Positions 50,695-63,100 of a stretch of 64,000 bases of DNA are shown here, piece by piece. Made by a program: the position numbers and the translations under genes. Position 1 is the stretch's first letter. Every line of letters begins with the position of its first letter. This DNA is from Vicugna vicugna (Eukaryota): assembly GCA_013265495.1 (NCBI GenBank), contig MU058584.1, positions 6,104,407-6,168,406 of the forward strand, in the 5' to 3' direction. The notes beneath the pieces were generated by a model that searched no databases, was not told the origin of the DNA, and saw only the letters and a list, made by a program, of their open reading frames with translations.

Positions 50695-53050
50695 TATACT
50701 TCTTGAAGAGAAAGTCTTACCTACCTTTTGTTAAATTTTAGGATTTTACGTTTCTTGACGCTATTATAAATGGTACTGATTCAATTTTTTTCTAATTGTT
50801 CATTGCTACTATATAGAAATGCAATTGACCTTATATCATGCAACATTATTAAAATCACTTATTAATTGCAGTAGTTTTTGTTATATTAGAAGATATATTA
50901 GGAGTTTATAGAATAGATATATTCGGAGTTTTTACATACACATTAGTGTCATCTGAAAATAAGGACAATTTTTCATTTTTCCAATTTCTATGATTTTTTT
51001 CTTTTGTCTTATTATACAAGCTAGAATCTCCAGTATAAAGTTCAATAGAAGTGACCACAGTGAGCATTTTGTTTTGTTTCCAATCTTAAAGCAAAAGCAT
51101 TCACTATTTCACTGTTATATATAATATTAACTGTAATTTTTTGTAGATGAATTTTATAAGGTTGCAAATGTTTTCTTCTGTTATTAGCTTGCTGAAAGTT
51201 GTTTTTTTTTAATGTAGATAATATGAAATGCCTTTTCTGCATCTACTGAAATAATAAAATTATTTTTCTTTAATTTGTTGATATGGTAAGTTATATTGAG
51301 TAATTTTCAAATGTTAAATAAACTTTTCATTCTGGTGCCAAATCCAATTTGTCACGGTGTTTTAGCCTCTTCATGTATTTCTGGATTCAATTTGCTAATG
51401 TTTTGTTAAGGAATTTTACATCTATGTTCATAACGTATACTGGTCTGCATTTTTCATTTATTTCTTTTTTGCTTTTTTTTTTCTGTCCGGTTTTAGCATC
51501 AGGCTAATACTAGGCTCATAAAATTAAATTCTAAGTGTTCCCTCCTCTATTTTTGAAATTTTTGTGCAATATTCATTTCTTTTTTAAATCTTTCATAAAA
51601 TTCACCAATACATCCTTCCTGATTTGTTCAATGATTCTTTTCTCTGTTGTGTCCATTTTGTTGATGAACTTATCGAAAGTATTCTCTATCTCCAATATCA
51701 TGTTTTTTCATGTCTAGATTTTCCATTTGACTCTTTTGCATATTAATCTCTTTATTAAAATTCCCCATCTGCTAATGTAAGTTGTTCACTTTTTCATTAG
51801 ATTTAAAAAAAACTTTTTATCATAATTACTTTAAAGTCCCAATCTGGGCCATCTCTGGATTTGTTCCATTTTATAATCTCATGATGAGTCATCTTTTCTT
51901 ATACTTTGAGTAGGACTCCTAATTTTTCATTGAATTCAAGACATTCTGAGTAAAAGTATTTTAGATTGTAAGGTAAATGACATTTACTCTCTGAAAAAGG
52001 CTTTCCTCTTCTTCCGTAATATCATTAGTTACAGGGTTAAATTAAACTAGTCTGTAATTGAATTGGATCTGGGTTTTGTGGTTGCTTTAATTGTGTTCAA
52101 GCATCTCAGGCTTCACATTTTTCCGGTTGTGGACTGTTGCTGTCTGATACTGACTGTAAGGCCTGGAATGCTAAATATATATCTCAGTTCTCCTTCTCTG
52201 GCCTCAGAATTTAGCAGATCTGTGCATCTTTGCTAAAAGATAGTCCTCTCTCAAAGCTCTTTCCTTTTTCTTCAGAATTAGACTCCTATTGCTTCATATT
52301 TGGCAATGCCCAGAATGCAGGGGGTTTTTCTCAGTTCTGTTGCTCCTTCCTTAGATTTAGGGAGACTTGTATGCTTGTGTCTTCAGAATGGAGTCTTGCT
52401 CAATTCTCCTTCATTTCTCGTAGCATCAGACTGCTGTTGCCTAGTGCTTCGTACAAGGCTTGAAGTGTGTGTGTGTGTAGGGGAGGTGGGGAGGTGGGGA
52501 GGTGGAAAAGATTTCACTTGGCTTTCCATCTCTGCCCTTGACTTAAGCAGCTCCTGCTTGCATAAGCCTCAGAGGGAACCTCTCCCAGGTCTCTTCTTCC
52601 TCCCCAATGGCAGACAGCTGCTATCTCATACCCAATGCAGGGTCCAGAGCCCAGATGGTTTCTCTCAGACTTTCTGCTCTGTTCTCAGTCTTAGGCATGC
52701 CCTGCATACCTGTGATTTAGCAGATGAGTCTCACTCCTTCTGCCCTGCTCTTAGTCTTTTTCATGAGTTCTCAATCAAGGACTATGAAAAGAGTTGAACT
52801 ATGACCTCTTTTCATAGTGGATGAAGGCTACAGACTCTCCTGGTGTCTGGGGCTCTCAGGACGCTGTCATGCCAACCCATAAGTACATGTTTGACATTTG
52901 TTAAAATTCAACTGTTTTCTTCTCACCCATAACTGTGGTAACTTCCTTCCCTTTCTGCTACTGTCAGAGGAGACACAGTAGTGTGTACCATCTCTGCTGA
53001 CAAGAGCTTGTCACTCTTCTGATTCTAGTTCATCAGGTGAACTTGTGACA
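50695..53050 (-). mobile_element. Old L1 ORF2 RT region continuing into degraded ORF1/5' sequence
   Basis: gtgtcatctgaaaataaggac (FSDD), ttccaatcttaaagcaaaagcattcactatttcac, ggattcaatttgctaatgttttgttaagg. The portion beyond 51610 is much more degraded. Confidence 0.7.
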
Positions 53051-53529
53051 TCAGATTGAAGCCATTACTTAGCTAACTCATACTATCATTTACATTTTAA
53101 CTCAACCTTAATTTCCTAAGCAAGAACTTTAATGTTCTGTACCATAAAATGCCCTTGCTTTCCCCTCCCACAGGCTTTTCCTCCCCTTCCTTATTTATAA
53201 TAGTTATTAAACTCTTTACTTCTAAAATGTCTGCAGCTTTCTTGAAGACAGACATTATGCCTTTCTCAACTCACTGTTATTTATCTCAAACCCTAGTATT
53301 GAGTCTGGTATTAGTAGGCACTCAAGAAAATATTAGTTGAATTGAATTGAAATTCTCACCTGATTTCCTGGGAGATATTCTGAGTTCCTGACTGAATGAT
53401 AAAGGAAAGGAGATCATTTCTCTTTGAATCTGAACATGATCTAAATCCTAATGGTACCCCCAACAGTTTGAATGATCACTTCCTTCTATTCCCAATGTTG
53501 CTGAGAAGGGCATATGTCTTTGAAGTTAG

Positions 53530-53735
53530 GACCATGGTCTCTGGCATCATACGGTCTTTGTTTTGCATCCCATCTCTTCATCTGGTGGCTAAATGACCTT
53601 GGACAAGTTACTTAATGGCTTAGCATCTCACTTTCTTCATTCATTAAGTGTTACCCATCTCATGGGGTTGCTATAAGAATGAATTGAATTAACGTATTGA
53701 AAGAACTAGCAGTTGGTATGCACTCAGTAAGTTTC
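53530..53735 (+). mobile_element. MIR SINE
   Basis: tgaccttggacaagttacttaat...catctcactttcttcat...ctcatggggttgctataagaatgaattgaattaacgta. Confidence 0.75.
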
Positions 53736-56109
53736 AAGTATTGTCTTCACTACTTTGTTGTCCCTTCCTTATTGTTTTTTCCAAGATAGGATGAGTGTTA
53801 ACCATCCATTAAAAGGACCCTCTAAGAAGGAACAAGTGATTATGTGTACTTCCTTCCCCTGGAACCAGTATATCATTAAATTGCTTCTGTTCTTCCTTCT
53901 CGTCTCTTCTTTCCCCAGTCTTAGCTTAATTAATTTGCTTGGAAGCTTTTAAACAAAACAGAGCAAAAGTCAAGAAAGAATCCGTAAAGTCAAATATGAG
54001 TGTGCCAATATTAATCTACTAGAATCAATCAGGCAAGAACTGTTTCATCCACTATGAGGTGGTGCTGATAATTAGAGACTGTGAATTCTCCAGAAGCCTA
54101 AGTATCCTTTGTTTTTTTAAAATTCCAACATGAAGTCAGGTTTATAGATACTGTGGGAGCCCTGAGAGTTAAGCCTTGTAACCCTAAAGTAAACCCAGGG
54201 AATTCCTCTGACAGCTGACGTCCCCGTACGACCTGTCCAGCTCTTTCTTTGGACTTCTTTCCTTCTCTGAAAGTCTTTCTCTTGACTGTGGGGTTGGAGT
54301 GGAGGGACCCAAAGAGTCTGGATTTGTCTGGGTCTAAGGGACTCTCTTGTGACTTGTTCATTCTAGGAGCACATTTTAATTTCCATGTTGTCAGGATCTG
54401 CTTTAACTTGGCCAGTCCTCTGGTTAAGCTGCATAAACATGGTTTGGCCGCCACTACTTAAAAGAAGTAGACGACTGACACTGGCCCAGTAACACCACTG
54501 TCAGGAGAAAAGTTTGGAGCATATGGCAGCATTAATCAGGAATAACGTCGTGAGTACTAGACCAAATTCTCAATCAAATGGGGCAACCAGAGAGAGAGCA
54601 AGGTTAGGTTACTAGGTTGGCCTGAGAAGTAGATTAGCATGAAGGAAGTAACAGATGCAGCAAACGGGAAGAAAATCAAGAATGCAGAGAATCAGATCAG
54701 ATTTCCAGGCCAAACTTAGGAACATTAATGATAAGAGTGAGGTTGTTAAGCAAGAAGAGAAACACAGAAAAATTGGAGAAGCAAGATGAATTGCTAAGCC
54801 AAAATCAGAAACTCTAGGTCAATATCGGGGAGGATGAAAAAAAAATCTATTGATTCGGATTTCCAGCCAAGAACTGTGTAAAGTCAAGAAGGTAGGTCAC
54901 TAGCAAAACTAAGATTAACCCAGAGCCCTGAATACTTGGCTACACCCTAAAGTAGTATTGTCTGTCCCTTCTCCTGCCTTGTTTTGAACTTGCCTATTTC
55001 CCTGAAGTTTCCTGGAGAAGGAAGAGAAGTAAAGCCATCAAGTACCTGCCACTGGCTCTACTGATCTTCTCCCCAGTCTTAACCATCTTTGCTGCGCTGG
55101 TGAACCACAGACCTGCCCTGTATACCCTTTAAGTTTCTTGCACCAACTTGGACCCTGAGAGCTGATGGATTGCAATGACAGAGATAATGCTGCTCATTAA
55201 ATCTCTGTTGGTCCCCTGCCCAAGCCCGACCACCCATTTCTGATTCTTGCTCTCCGAAAGTAACTCTTTTAGCTGTCTCTTCTGTTTTTGCCAACTTATT
55301 TTTAAATAATACACTTCTACTGCTATTTCTTGATATTTCTCAGTTTTAGATGTTATGTATTGGCATCCTTGTAGTGGAACATGGAGATTGAGGTTTCTCA
55401 TGCCCCTGCCTCCTATCCCCACTTCACTTCTATATTTTTCAAAACCAACTGTAATTTTTTGTTAAATTTGTATTCATAGCTGTGCTATGTAGTTCAAATA
55501 ATTTACATTTATCTTTTGTAACTTTTAGTTTTCTCTGGAATCAATAAAAACTCCCTTTTCTAGTTCTTTAGAGTTCTATGTACCTACCACAAGTTTCTTC
55601 TTACACCCTGTTGATCTCTTCCTACTATATCCAACTTATCAGATAATATATTTGTTTCTTCCCGGGGACCTCCATCCTCTTGTTCTAAGCTGGTTGGTGA
55701 TTTTCTAAAACTGCAACATACCTGCCCTTATGGAGGTTTCTTTTCACCCAAATCCTGGGGATTTTTTTTCTTCTTTTATCATGGATTCCCTGTTTTCCTG
55801 GATCCTGTAGATTCAAAATATTACATACCCCATAGTTCCATTTTCAGTAATCACATTCTGCCCTTTAATTTCATAATGTAAGCTTTGAGGTCTGCTAATT
55901 TTTTTCTCTCAGTGCTAATAGCATTCCAATTCTTAGCCTTAAAAATTTCAGGCCTTCCAGACAGTTGGTGGAAAAAAAATTTTGAGAAAAATCAAAAGGG
56001 AAAAATGTTCCTTCATTCTTTACAGTTGCCTAAAACAGATATTCTGCATCATAAAACTCACCCTGATAAAACGATAATTGGAGAAAGTCTACAAAAGTGT
56101 CAATTTTTT

Positions 56110-56198
56110 GACACTATGCTGTACACCAGAGATTGACACATTGTAACTGACTATACTTCAATAAAATTAATTTAAAAATTTATAAATAAAATAAAAAA
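56110..56198 (+). mobile_element. Very short lineage-specific L1 3' end with A-rich tail
   Basis: gacactatgctgtacaccagagattgacacattgtaactgactatacttcaat is nearly identical to 18835-18887. Confidence 0.9.
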
Positions 56199-56887
56199 CA
56201 AAAGCTCCTGTCCAGTCTTAAGATTTGTGTAAAAATGTATTTGCCTGTCGTGTTGTTTGTTTAAAACTATTTTTGGAAGTATTATTTGTACAAAGAATCT
56301 TATAGACACTCAGGCAGAATTTATTGCTATATCCTATGAAATATATCAGATTCCTTTTAAAATCTTTGGATTTGACTTGTCTTATTTACTAATTTGTTGC
56401 CCTGGAGATAATTTTCAAATAATGATGTTCAGTAATATTATTCAAGTAATATACAAATGGACATGTCTTTTTTGTGAAAAATTATAAATACTTCTGAAGT
56501 TTATCTGTTGAGCTAGAAAAAGATTATAAATAAATAAAAAAAAAAGGTCCATGACACTGTTGTGTTCTTTGTTCAGTCAAATTGTAAGAGTTCTGTCTCA
56601 TTTAGAATTAACAGTCCCATGTCTTCCTCTTGGTTTACATTCTCATTTTGGTGTAGCACATTCTTTAGTATCTTTCTTTAGCGAAGTGGTGCCTGGGAGG
56701 TCATTTTTGGTGCCTTCTTCCATGTCAAAAAATGTCATTATTCTTCCTATATGTCACAATTGATAGTTTGGTTGAGTATTCGTATTTTAGTATTGAAATA
56801 ATTATTTTTCCTAGGATTTTGAAAATCTTCGTCTGCTATTGTCTCCTGGCTGCCATTGCTGACATTCAGAAGTCTGATGATGATGGT

Positions 56888-57564
56888 CTGAACCACCATC
56901 ATCTCTCACGTGGTTTACTGCAGAAACCTCCTAGCTGGTCTCCCTGCTTCCACTCTTGCCTTGCCATCGTCCATCCTTAACACAGCAGCAGGGTGATGCT
57001 CAAAGAAGTCATATCATGAGACGCCTCTACTCAAAACTTTACGATGACTCCCTGCCCTGCTCAGCATACTGGCAGTGTCCTTGAAGGCCCTTCAAGGCTT
57101 TGGACCCTGTTACTTCTCTGCTCTCCTCTCTCCTTTCCTGCCCCACGTTTACACTGCTCCGGGCACACCGGCCTCCCAGGTACTCCACCGACACACTGGA
57201 TATGATAACCCGTTCCTCCTGGCCAGGAAGGCTCTTCACCCAGACATCTGCAAGGCGGATGCTTTCACGTCTCTCAAGTCTTTGCTGAAACACACCTTGT
57301 CAAAGAAAACGATCCTGATTATCTTGTTTAAAACTCCATGCTGTCTTCCTCTCTTTTCACTCCACATCATCCTTATCCTGCTCGATTTTTTCTTTTCTCA
57401 TGGCACTTAACAGCTTTTAACAAGCTGTATTATTTACTTTTATATTTTGTCTATTATGTAGACTCCAGGAGGGCAAAAGACTTTATCTGTTGTATCACTG
57501 ATATGGCCCCAGTACCAAGTCAGTATAGCGTTGGTGCACAGTAAATGTCACCTGAATGTATAAA
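56888..57564 (+). mobile_element. L2a-like LINE 3' fragment
   Basis: ccaccatcatctctcacgtggtttactgcagaaacctcctagctggtctccctgcttccactcttgcc...actccaggagggcaaaagactttatctg...cagtaaatgtcacctgaatg. Confidence 0.85.
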
Positions 57565-58029
57565 CTGAGGAGTGATGATTGTATCCTTCTTCCATATAAT
57601 GTGACAGAGGCCATTCATTTTAGCAATAATTTCTGAGGCAAAGGTTATGGACACAATCAAACTTTCCATCATTTTACCCCTTCCATCTGTTTTCCATATT
57701 GTAGGTAGAATAATCTTTCCAAAATGCAAACCTGGAAATGTTAGTCCTGTTTCCACCTTCCTCCCTTCTGCTTAAGATGGACTGAATGGCTTTTTGTATT
57801 TTCAGATTTGACAGAATTCCTTGACACAGTTGATCAAGCCCTGCACAGACTGCTTCTCGCCTAAGCCAGAAGATCTTTGCATAAGCTGTTCCCTTTTCTT
57901 GGAGTGCTATTCCCTCCTTTCTTTGCTTGACTAGCTCTAAGATCAAAGCCACATCCTAACAGTGGGATAGAGAGCCTGGAGGTAGGATCTGGCAAGGGGT
58001 CTGAGCAGGCTCCTTTGATTTGTTGGAAA

Positions 58030-58325
58030 GTAAACGTGTAACATTTCAAAGTTCCAGATACGTGGGATGAATACATTCTGGAAATCTAATATACAGCTGG
58101 ATGATTATAGTTAAAAATACTATATTGTATTCTTGAAATTTGCGAAGAATAAATCTTCACTGTTCTCACCAAAAGAATAAAGAAGTAACCATGTGAGATG
58201 ATGGACATGTTAATTAGTAAACATTTCACAATGTGTATGTATACGAAAGCATCACATTGTATGCCTTAAATAGATACCATTTTTATTGGTCAATTATACC
58301 GCAATAAAGCTCAGGGGAAGAAAAG
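58030..58325 (+). mobile_element. L1 3' UTR end (L1MA8/9-like)
   Basis: ttctggaaatctaatatacagc...atagttaaaaatactatattgtattcttgaaatttgc...atgtgagatgatggacatgttaattag...tcaattataccgcaataaagct. Confidence 0.85.
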
Positions 58326-61044
58326 AGTTACCACCCATTCACACTGCTTCTTCTAGTATCTTTTAATTCTGGTCTTAAAAACTATTAAATCAATGAATTA
58401 TGTTTAAAAAAAAAACAACCCAGAAACACTGTCAGTTTTACTTTAATGAGGAGCAGATGTCTCCCTCCAATTATGCTAGGAGTTAACTCGGGCTTATTCC
58501 TCCGATCTCAGCCCAGGGGTGACTTTCTCAGGGCAGTGTTCCCCGACTAGACCACACCCACCTTTGCTAGGCTCTCATGCCACATGTTTCTCTCCCGCTT
58601 AGCATTCATCTTAGTCGCACGCCTTCACATGTCTGTGATTCTCTGGCTGATTTCTGTTGTTCCCGCTCGATGGTAAGCTTCATGGCGCTAAGGGACTGAA
58701 ATGAGTTTTGTTCCCTGTTTGACCCCAGTGCCTGGCCAAGGATCATGAAGGTGATCAAAAACTATTTTTAAAGGAATGCATGGATGTAAAGTAATCTGTT
58801 TAGGCATCAGCTTTCATTCTACATTAGACCTTATCTAATCACCAATGTTCCACGATTCCTCCAAACTGTTGCTGTTCTAAACTTCAGGGTTTGCTCCTTC
58901 TCCCTCAAGTGACATGCATCAAATTCTGTGAAGTTGTATGACAGCGGCATACCTGCTTTTCCGTTGGTCTTCCTCTTGTTCTAAATAATTGACTCATGTG
59001 ACTCTTCAAAACTGGACTTTTGATTTCAGTCACTGTATCTGAATATTAATTTTATATTATTTTGGGGCCACTTTGGCTAAAGCTGATTTTAAATAGGGTT
59101 CTAATTTTAAGAACCAACACGTTTCACTGTTTCCTGAAAGTGTCTGTATTCTAAATTTTTGAAAAATTGGTAAAATTGCTCTGAGTGTGTGCAGAACTTT
59201 CCGACATCTTAAGAACTGATGATGCCTGTCAGGCCGTTTTATAAAATTTTCAGAGTCCAAATAAAAGAAGTGTAGAGGGTAAGGCTAGGGATAGGGAATG
59301 AGTGATGGAAAAAAAAAAAACAACAACAAGGTGAGCACAGAGGGGATAAAGCGAAGTGAAGTCAGGAACTTTTTCACACCAGGTTTCTAATCTTTATTCT
59401 ACAGAATACGTGGAAGTGTGAGAAATTTATTGTCTTCTGATACTTGGCTTATTTTTGGCCTCAAGGTTCACTGTGGTTTTGAGAAGGAAGAATGCACTGT
59501 CCAATGATCATTTTATTGACCTAGTCAGCATGTGTAGGAGTAGTTTTCCTCCCAGAGGTGATGGATTTGCTGTGATCCGGCCATAACTTGTTACTCGGTC
59601 CCAGTACTGGCAAGTTTCACCAATTTAAAAATAAGATGAGTCAACTAGGAATCCAGCCTGCAGTTAAGTGGAACAAGAGTTAGAAGGCTCCATTTGGCTT
59701 CAGATGTACATCCGTCTTGCTTATTCTCTAGATACCTTGAGTGCACACAAATGAAAATGTAAGACATGAGCTATTTTAAATAATGTCACTGAACCCATCA
59801 GTATCCACCATGGCACAAAACATACATGCTGGCTGAAGTACGATTCAAATCAGCCTGGAAAAATGGCCCAAGGGAATCAAGCAGTTTATGACCTCACCTG
59901 TCACTAGATATTTAATTCGTTCAGAGCATCCTTTGTAACTGGAATGATAGGAGATTTTACAGTGATTCCAGAGATCTTGATAGATGCACCCAGAGCAAAG
60001 GAGGGACAGCTTTTCAGCCTCACTTCATTCTTGTCTGGTTTTCATCAGAGAGCCAGAGCAATTGGAGAGTGATCCATTGAGTCTGTGGAGAAGAACCAGT
60101 CGGGAAGCTTCAGAGGTTACCCTGGCCTGACGCTGGCATTTCATCGTACCATTTCTTTGCTATGTGTACAATGTAATTGCCGACGTCACCTGTAGCTAGG
60201 ATTTCTACGCTCATTCTTTTGGACACGGTGGAACTATGAAAATAAAAACACACTGAAACAAATATATTCTACCCTTAATATCCATCAAAGGACAACTTTG
60301 GTTAAAAACAAAAGGAAAAGCAAAACATACTTGGTCTAATAAGTTACTCTATGTGAAAAGGGAAGATTATCCAAGACATATAAATCATGGCAACTTCTTT
60401 CTGCAGTAAGCACTTTTTTCCCCTCAGAATTATCATTTTGTAATCGGAAAAGCCCTAGAGTTTCAAGTATGCCTCGTACAAATGTCACTTCCAAGCTTCA
60501 GTGCTAATCCAGAGGAAATATTATCCTAGTGGTCTCCAAGGCCCAATGTCTAGGTGTTGGATACATGATAAACTTACGTGGAGCTTTCTTAGTGAGATAT
60601 AGTCCTCCAGAGGATTGAATTTTTCAAGGCTTAGTACAACCCGACCCTTTAAATAAGATTTAAACTTCCCTTGTCAGGTTCTTTTAAGAGCTTTTTAAAT
60701 TTTTTTTATTTGCTGCTTTGACCAGGTTCTAATCCCTGGTCCCCAGTGACAACTTTTGGCCATCTCAACCACTTCATGTCTGGTTTCCCAGGGCCTGGTG
60801 TAGTTTGCACAATTGAAGATTTTTTTTTTTCTCCCACAGAAGAGCTTCGTCGAAATAATTTGAGATGGAAAATGGCAACAATAAGACTTTCTTGCTACTT
60901 TACTGAGAATAGGACAGATTTCTTCTTCTCTTCTTTTTTTTTTTTTTACCATTTCCCCTCATCTTATAAGCAGCTCTCTTGAATAATGATTAAATAATGA
61001 CAGAATAGTAGTTATTGGGCATAAAGAATGGTTCTACCCATTTG

Positions 61045-61149
61045 TACCTTAATCTTGGACTTTCCAGCCCCTACAACTGTGAGAAATAAATATCTAGGTT
61101 TAAGCTACCTAGTCAATGGTATTTTGTTATAGCAGCCTGAGCTAAGACA
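61045..61149 (+). mobile_element. MaLR LTR 3' fragment (MLT1A/MST-like)
   Basis: accttaatcttggactttccagcccctacaactgtgagaaataaat...gtttaagctacctagtcaatggtattttgttatagcagcctgagctaagaca. Confidence 0.85.
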
Positions 61150-61364
61150 ACAATTAAAAATTTTATATACTTTCTTGTGCTTAAAAATGACGTGGAAATT
61201 TCTAGGCACTGGAAACAAAAAGGGAACTCAAAGCCAGAATGAAAATTTGGAGCTGATACTATGGCATCCTGTGGGATTAGCTGATTAATATATACATCCT
61301 AGTATCAGAGGGACGGACTTTTAATGCCCTGATGCCTGCAGGCAATGACTCCCTAGGCCTGTGT

Positions 61365-61600
61365 TGTATGGTGTAGGGGCTAAGAGAATGCGCGCTTGAG
61401 CTTGGCTACCTGGGTTCAAACTCTCAGCTCTACACCTCAACTGCTCTGTGATCTTGGGCAAGTTATACAACCCCTCTATGCTTCAATTTCCTTCTCTATA
61501 GAATGGAAATTTTAAAAAAAGATGCTTCTCAAAGAGGTACATAGAACAATGCCTGAAATAATTTATGTGCCATATAAATGTTTACTTAGTATTGTCAGTG
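61365..61600 (+). mobile_element. MIR SINE
   Basis: acctgggttcaaactctcagctctac...tgtgatcttgggcaagttatacaacccctctatgcttcaatttccttctctatagaatgga. Confidence 0.8.
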
Positions 61601-61649
61601 AAATGTCCATAAAAACAGATCAGCAAAACTTAAAAAGTACCACAAGTTC

Positions 61650-62350
61650 TACAAAGAATATGGAGGAATTGAAAGTCTCACATTGCAGGCAGATAAATTT
61701 GTGCATCCACACTGGAAAGCAGCTTTGCAGTGTGTAGGAAAGTTAAAGAAGTATCTGGTCTACAACCCACCCCTTCTGGGTATATTCCCTAGAGCAACTC
61801 TCACACATGTGCACCAGGAGACTTTTAGAAGGATGTTGGTAAAGTAAAAGATTGGAAGCAACCTTAATGTTTATCAACAGGGAAAGATAAAAAGTGGTAC
61901 AGTTACGTAATGGAATACTATATTGTAGTTAAAATGAACGAAGGTGTGGGGGAGGGCTCACCCTCTCCCCATTGTGCACTGAGTATATAGCATCATGGAT
62001 AAAATATCAAGAACTTATAGTTGACTGAGGAAAGTGAATTGCAGAGTACCAACTTGTATATATTTAGAAATTAGCAAGACAATTTATAGACAAGTACATG
62101 TATACTGAAAATAAAAATGCCTTGATAGGAAGGATGCATACCTCAAACTGGCATGTGTTTTCTGAGAAAAACAGTAGAGCAATGAGGGCAAGGAGGCATT
62201 CCCAACTATATTTGTGTAACTGTTTAATTCTTCAAAAGACAAACAAATCTGAAGCTTATACAGCATAATATAACATCTGTTAACATTGGATGCTAACATA
62301 AATGCTTGTTTTGTAGCTCTCTATATGTCTGAATTATTTTATAATTTTCA
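61650..62350 (+). mobile_element. Ancient L1 (L1ME-like) 3' fragment
   Basis: ccactggaaagcagctttgcag...cttctgggtatattccctagagcaactctcacacatgtgcaccaggagac...aatggaatactatattgtagttaaaatgaa. Confidence 0.75.
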
Positions 62351-62551
62351 AAACCTAGTTAGAAAATAAAAAACATAACTGTGGTAAAGAAAAAAGCCTC
62401 TTTTTTCCAGCTTTTAGTTGGAACAAATAAACACCCTAGAAGTTTTTGATGCTCATTGTGTGAGGTTCACACTTTGAAGAACACTGTTCTCAATGCTGTG
62501 TTATACCAAGGACATTGAGAGTCCCTGTTTCTAGCCTTGGGGGGGTGGGGG

Positions 62552-62612
62552 NNNNNNNNNNNNNNNNNNNNNNNNNNNNNNNNNNNNNNNNNNNNNNNNN
62601 NNNNNNNNNNNN
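62552..62612. other. Assembly gap (61 N)
   Basis: Run of N flanked by a G-run and a GA-rich repeat. Confidence 1.
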
Positions 62613-62857
62613 GAGGAGAGAGAGAGAGGTGAAGAGAGAGAAGAGGGAATTTTATTTTGTATTACATATTGTGGATTGAACAGCATATTCTTTTTAGTAC
62701 TTTGGGCTTTTAAACCTTTATATTTGGTACTGATACATATTCAGTTTCAGCTGAAATCAGGTGGTAGTTTAAAAAGAATACTTACCCAAAAGTAGTTTGC
62801 TAGTTACACAATGGGATAATTATGGAGGCTAGTATACTTACTTATATATTTAAAAAA

Positions 62858-62979
62858 TTTTGTTTAGGGGGAGGTAATTAGGTTTATTTATTTACCTTTT
62901 TAATGGAAGTACTGGGGACTGAACTCAGGACCTCATGCAGGCTAAGCGTGCACTCTACCACTGAGCTATACACTCCCCC
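62858..62979 (-). mobile_element. Camelid tRNA-derived SINE (Vic-1-like), copy 1
   Basis: Minus strand ggggagtgtatagctcagtggtagagtgcacgcttagcctgcatgaggtcctgagttcagtccccagtacttcc...aaacctaattacctccccc, with A box TAGCTCAGTGG and B-box-like GAGTTCAGTCC. Confidence 0.88.
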
Positions 62980-63000
62980 TGCCTTTTTTTTTTTAAAGGT

Positions 63001-63100
63001 TTTTTCTTTTTTATTTATTTGTTTTTGAATGGAGGTCTTGGGGATCCCAGGACCTCATGCATGCTAGGCACGCACTCTGCCACTGAGCTATTCCCTCTCC
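63001..63100 (-). mobile_element. Camelid tRNA-derived SINE (Vic-1-like), copy 2
   Basis: Minus strand ggagagggaatagctcagtggcagagtgcgtgcctagcatgcatgaggtcctgggatcccc plus A-rich tail; B box partly deleted. Confidence 0.85.

Noticed and set aside
62530..62650. G-run and GA-rich tract as a possible G4/triplex element
   Set aside because: Interrupted by a 61-N gap, so the true sequence and length are unknown.
62900..63100. tRNA-like A/B boxes suggesting tRNA genes
   Set aside because: No complete cloverleaf; A-rich tails and SINE body identify them as tRNA-derived SINEs.
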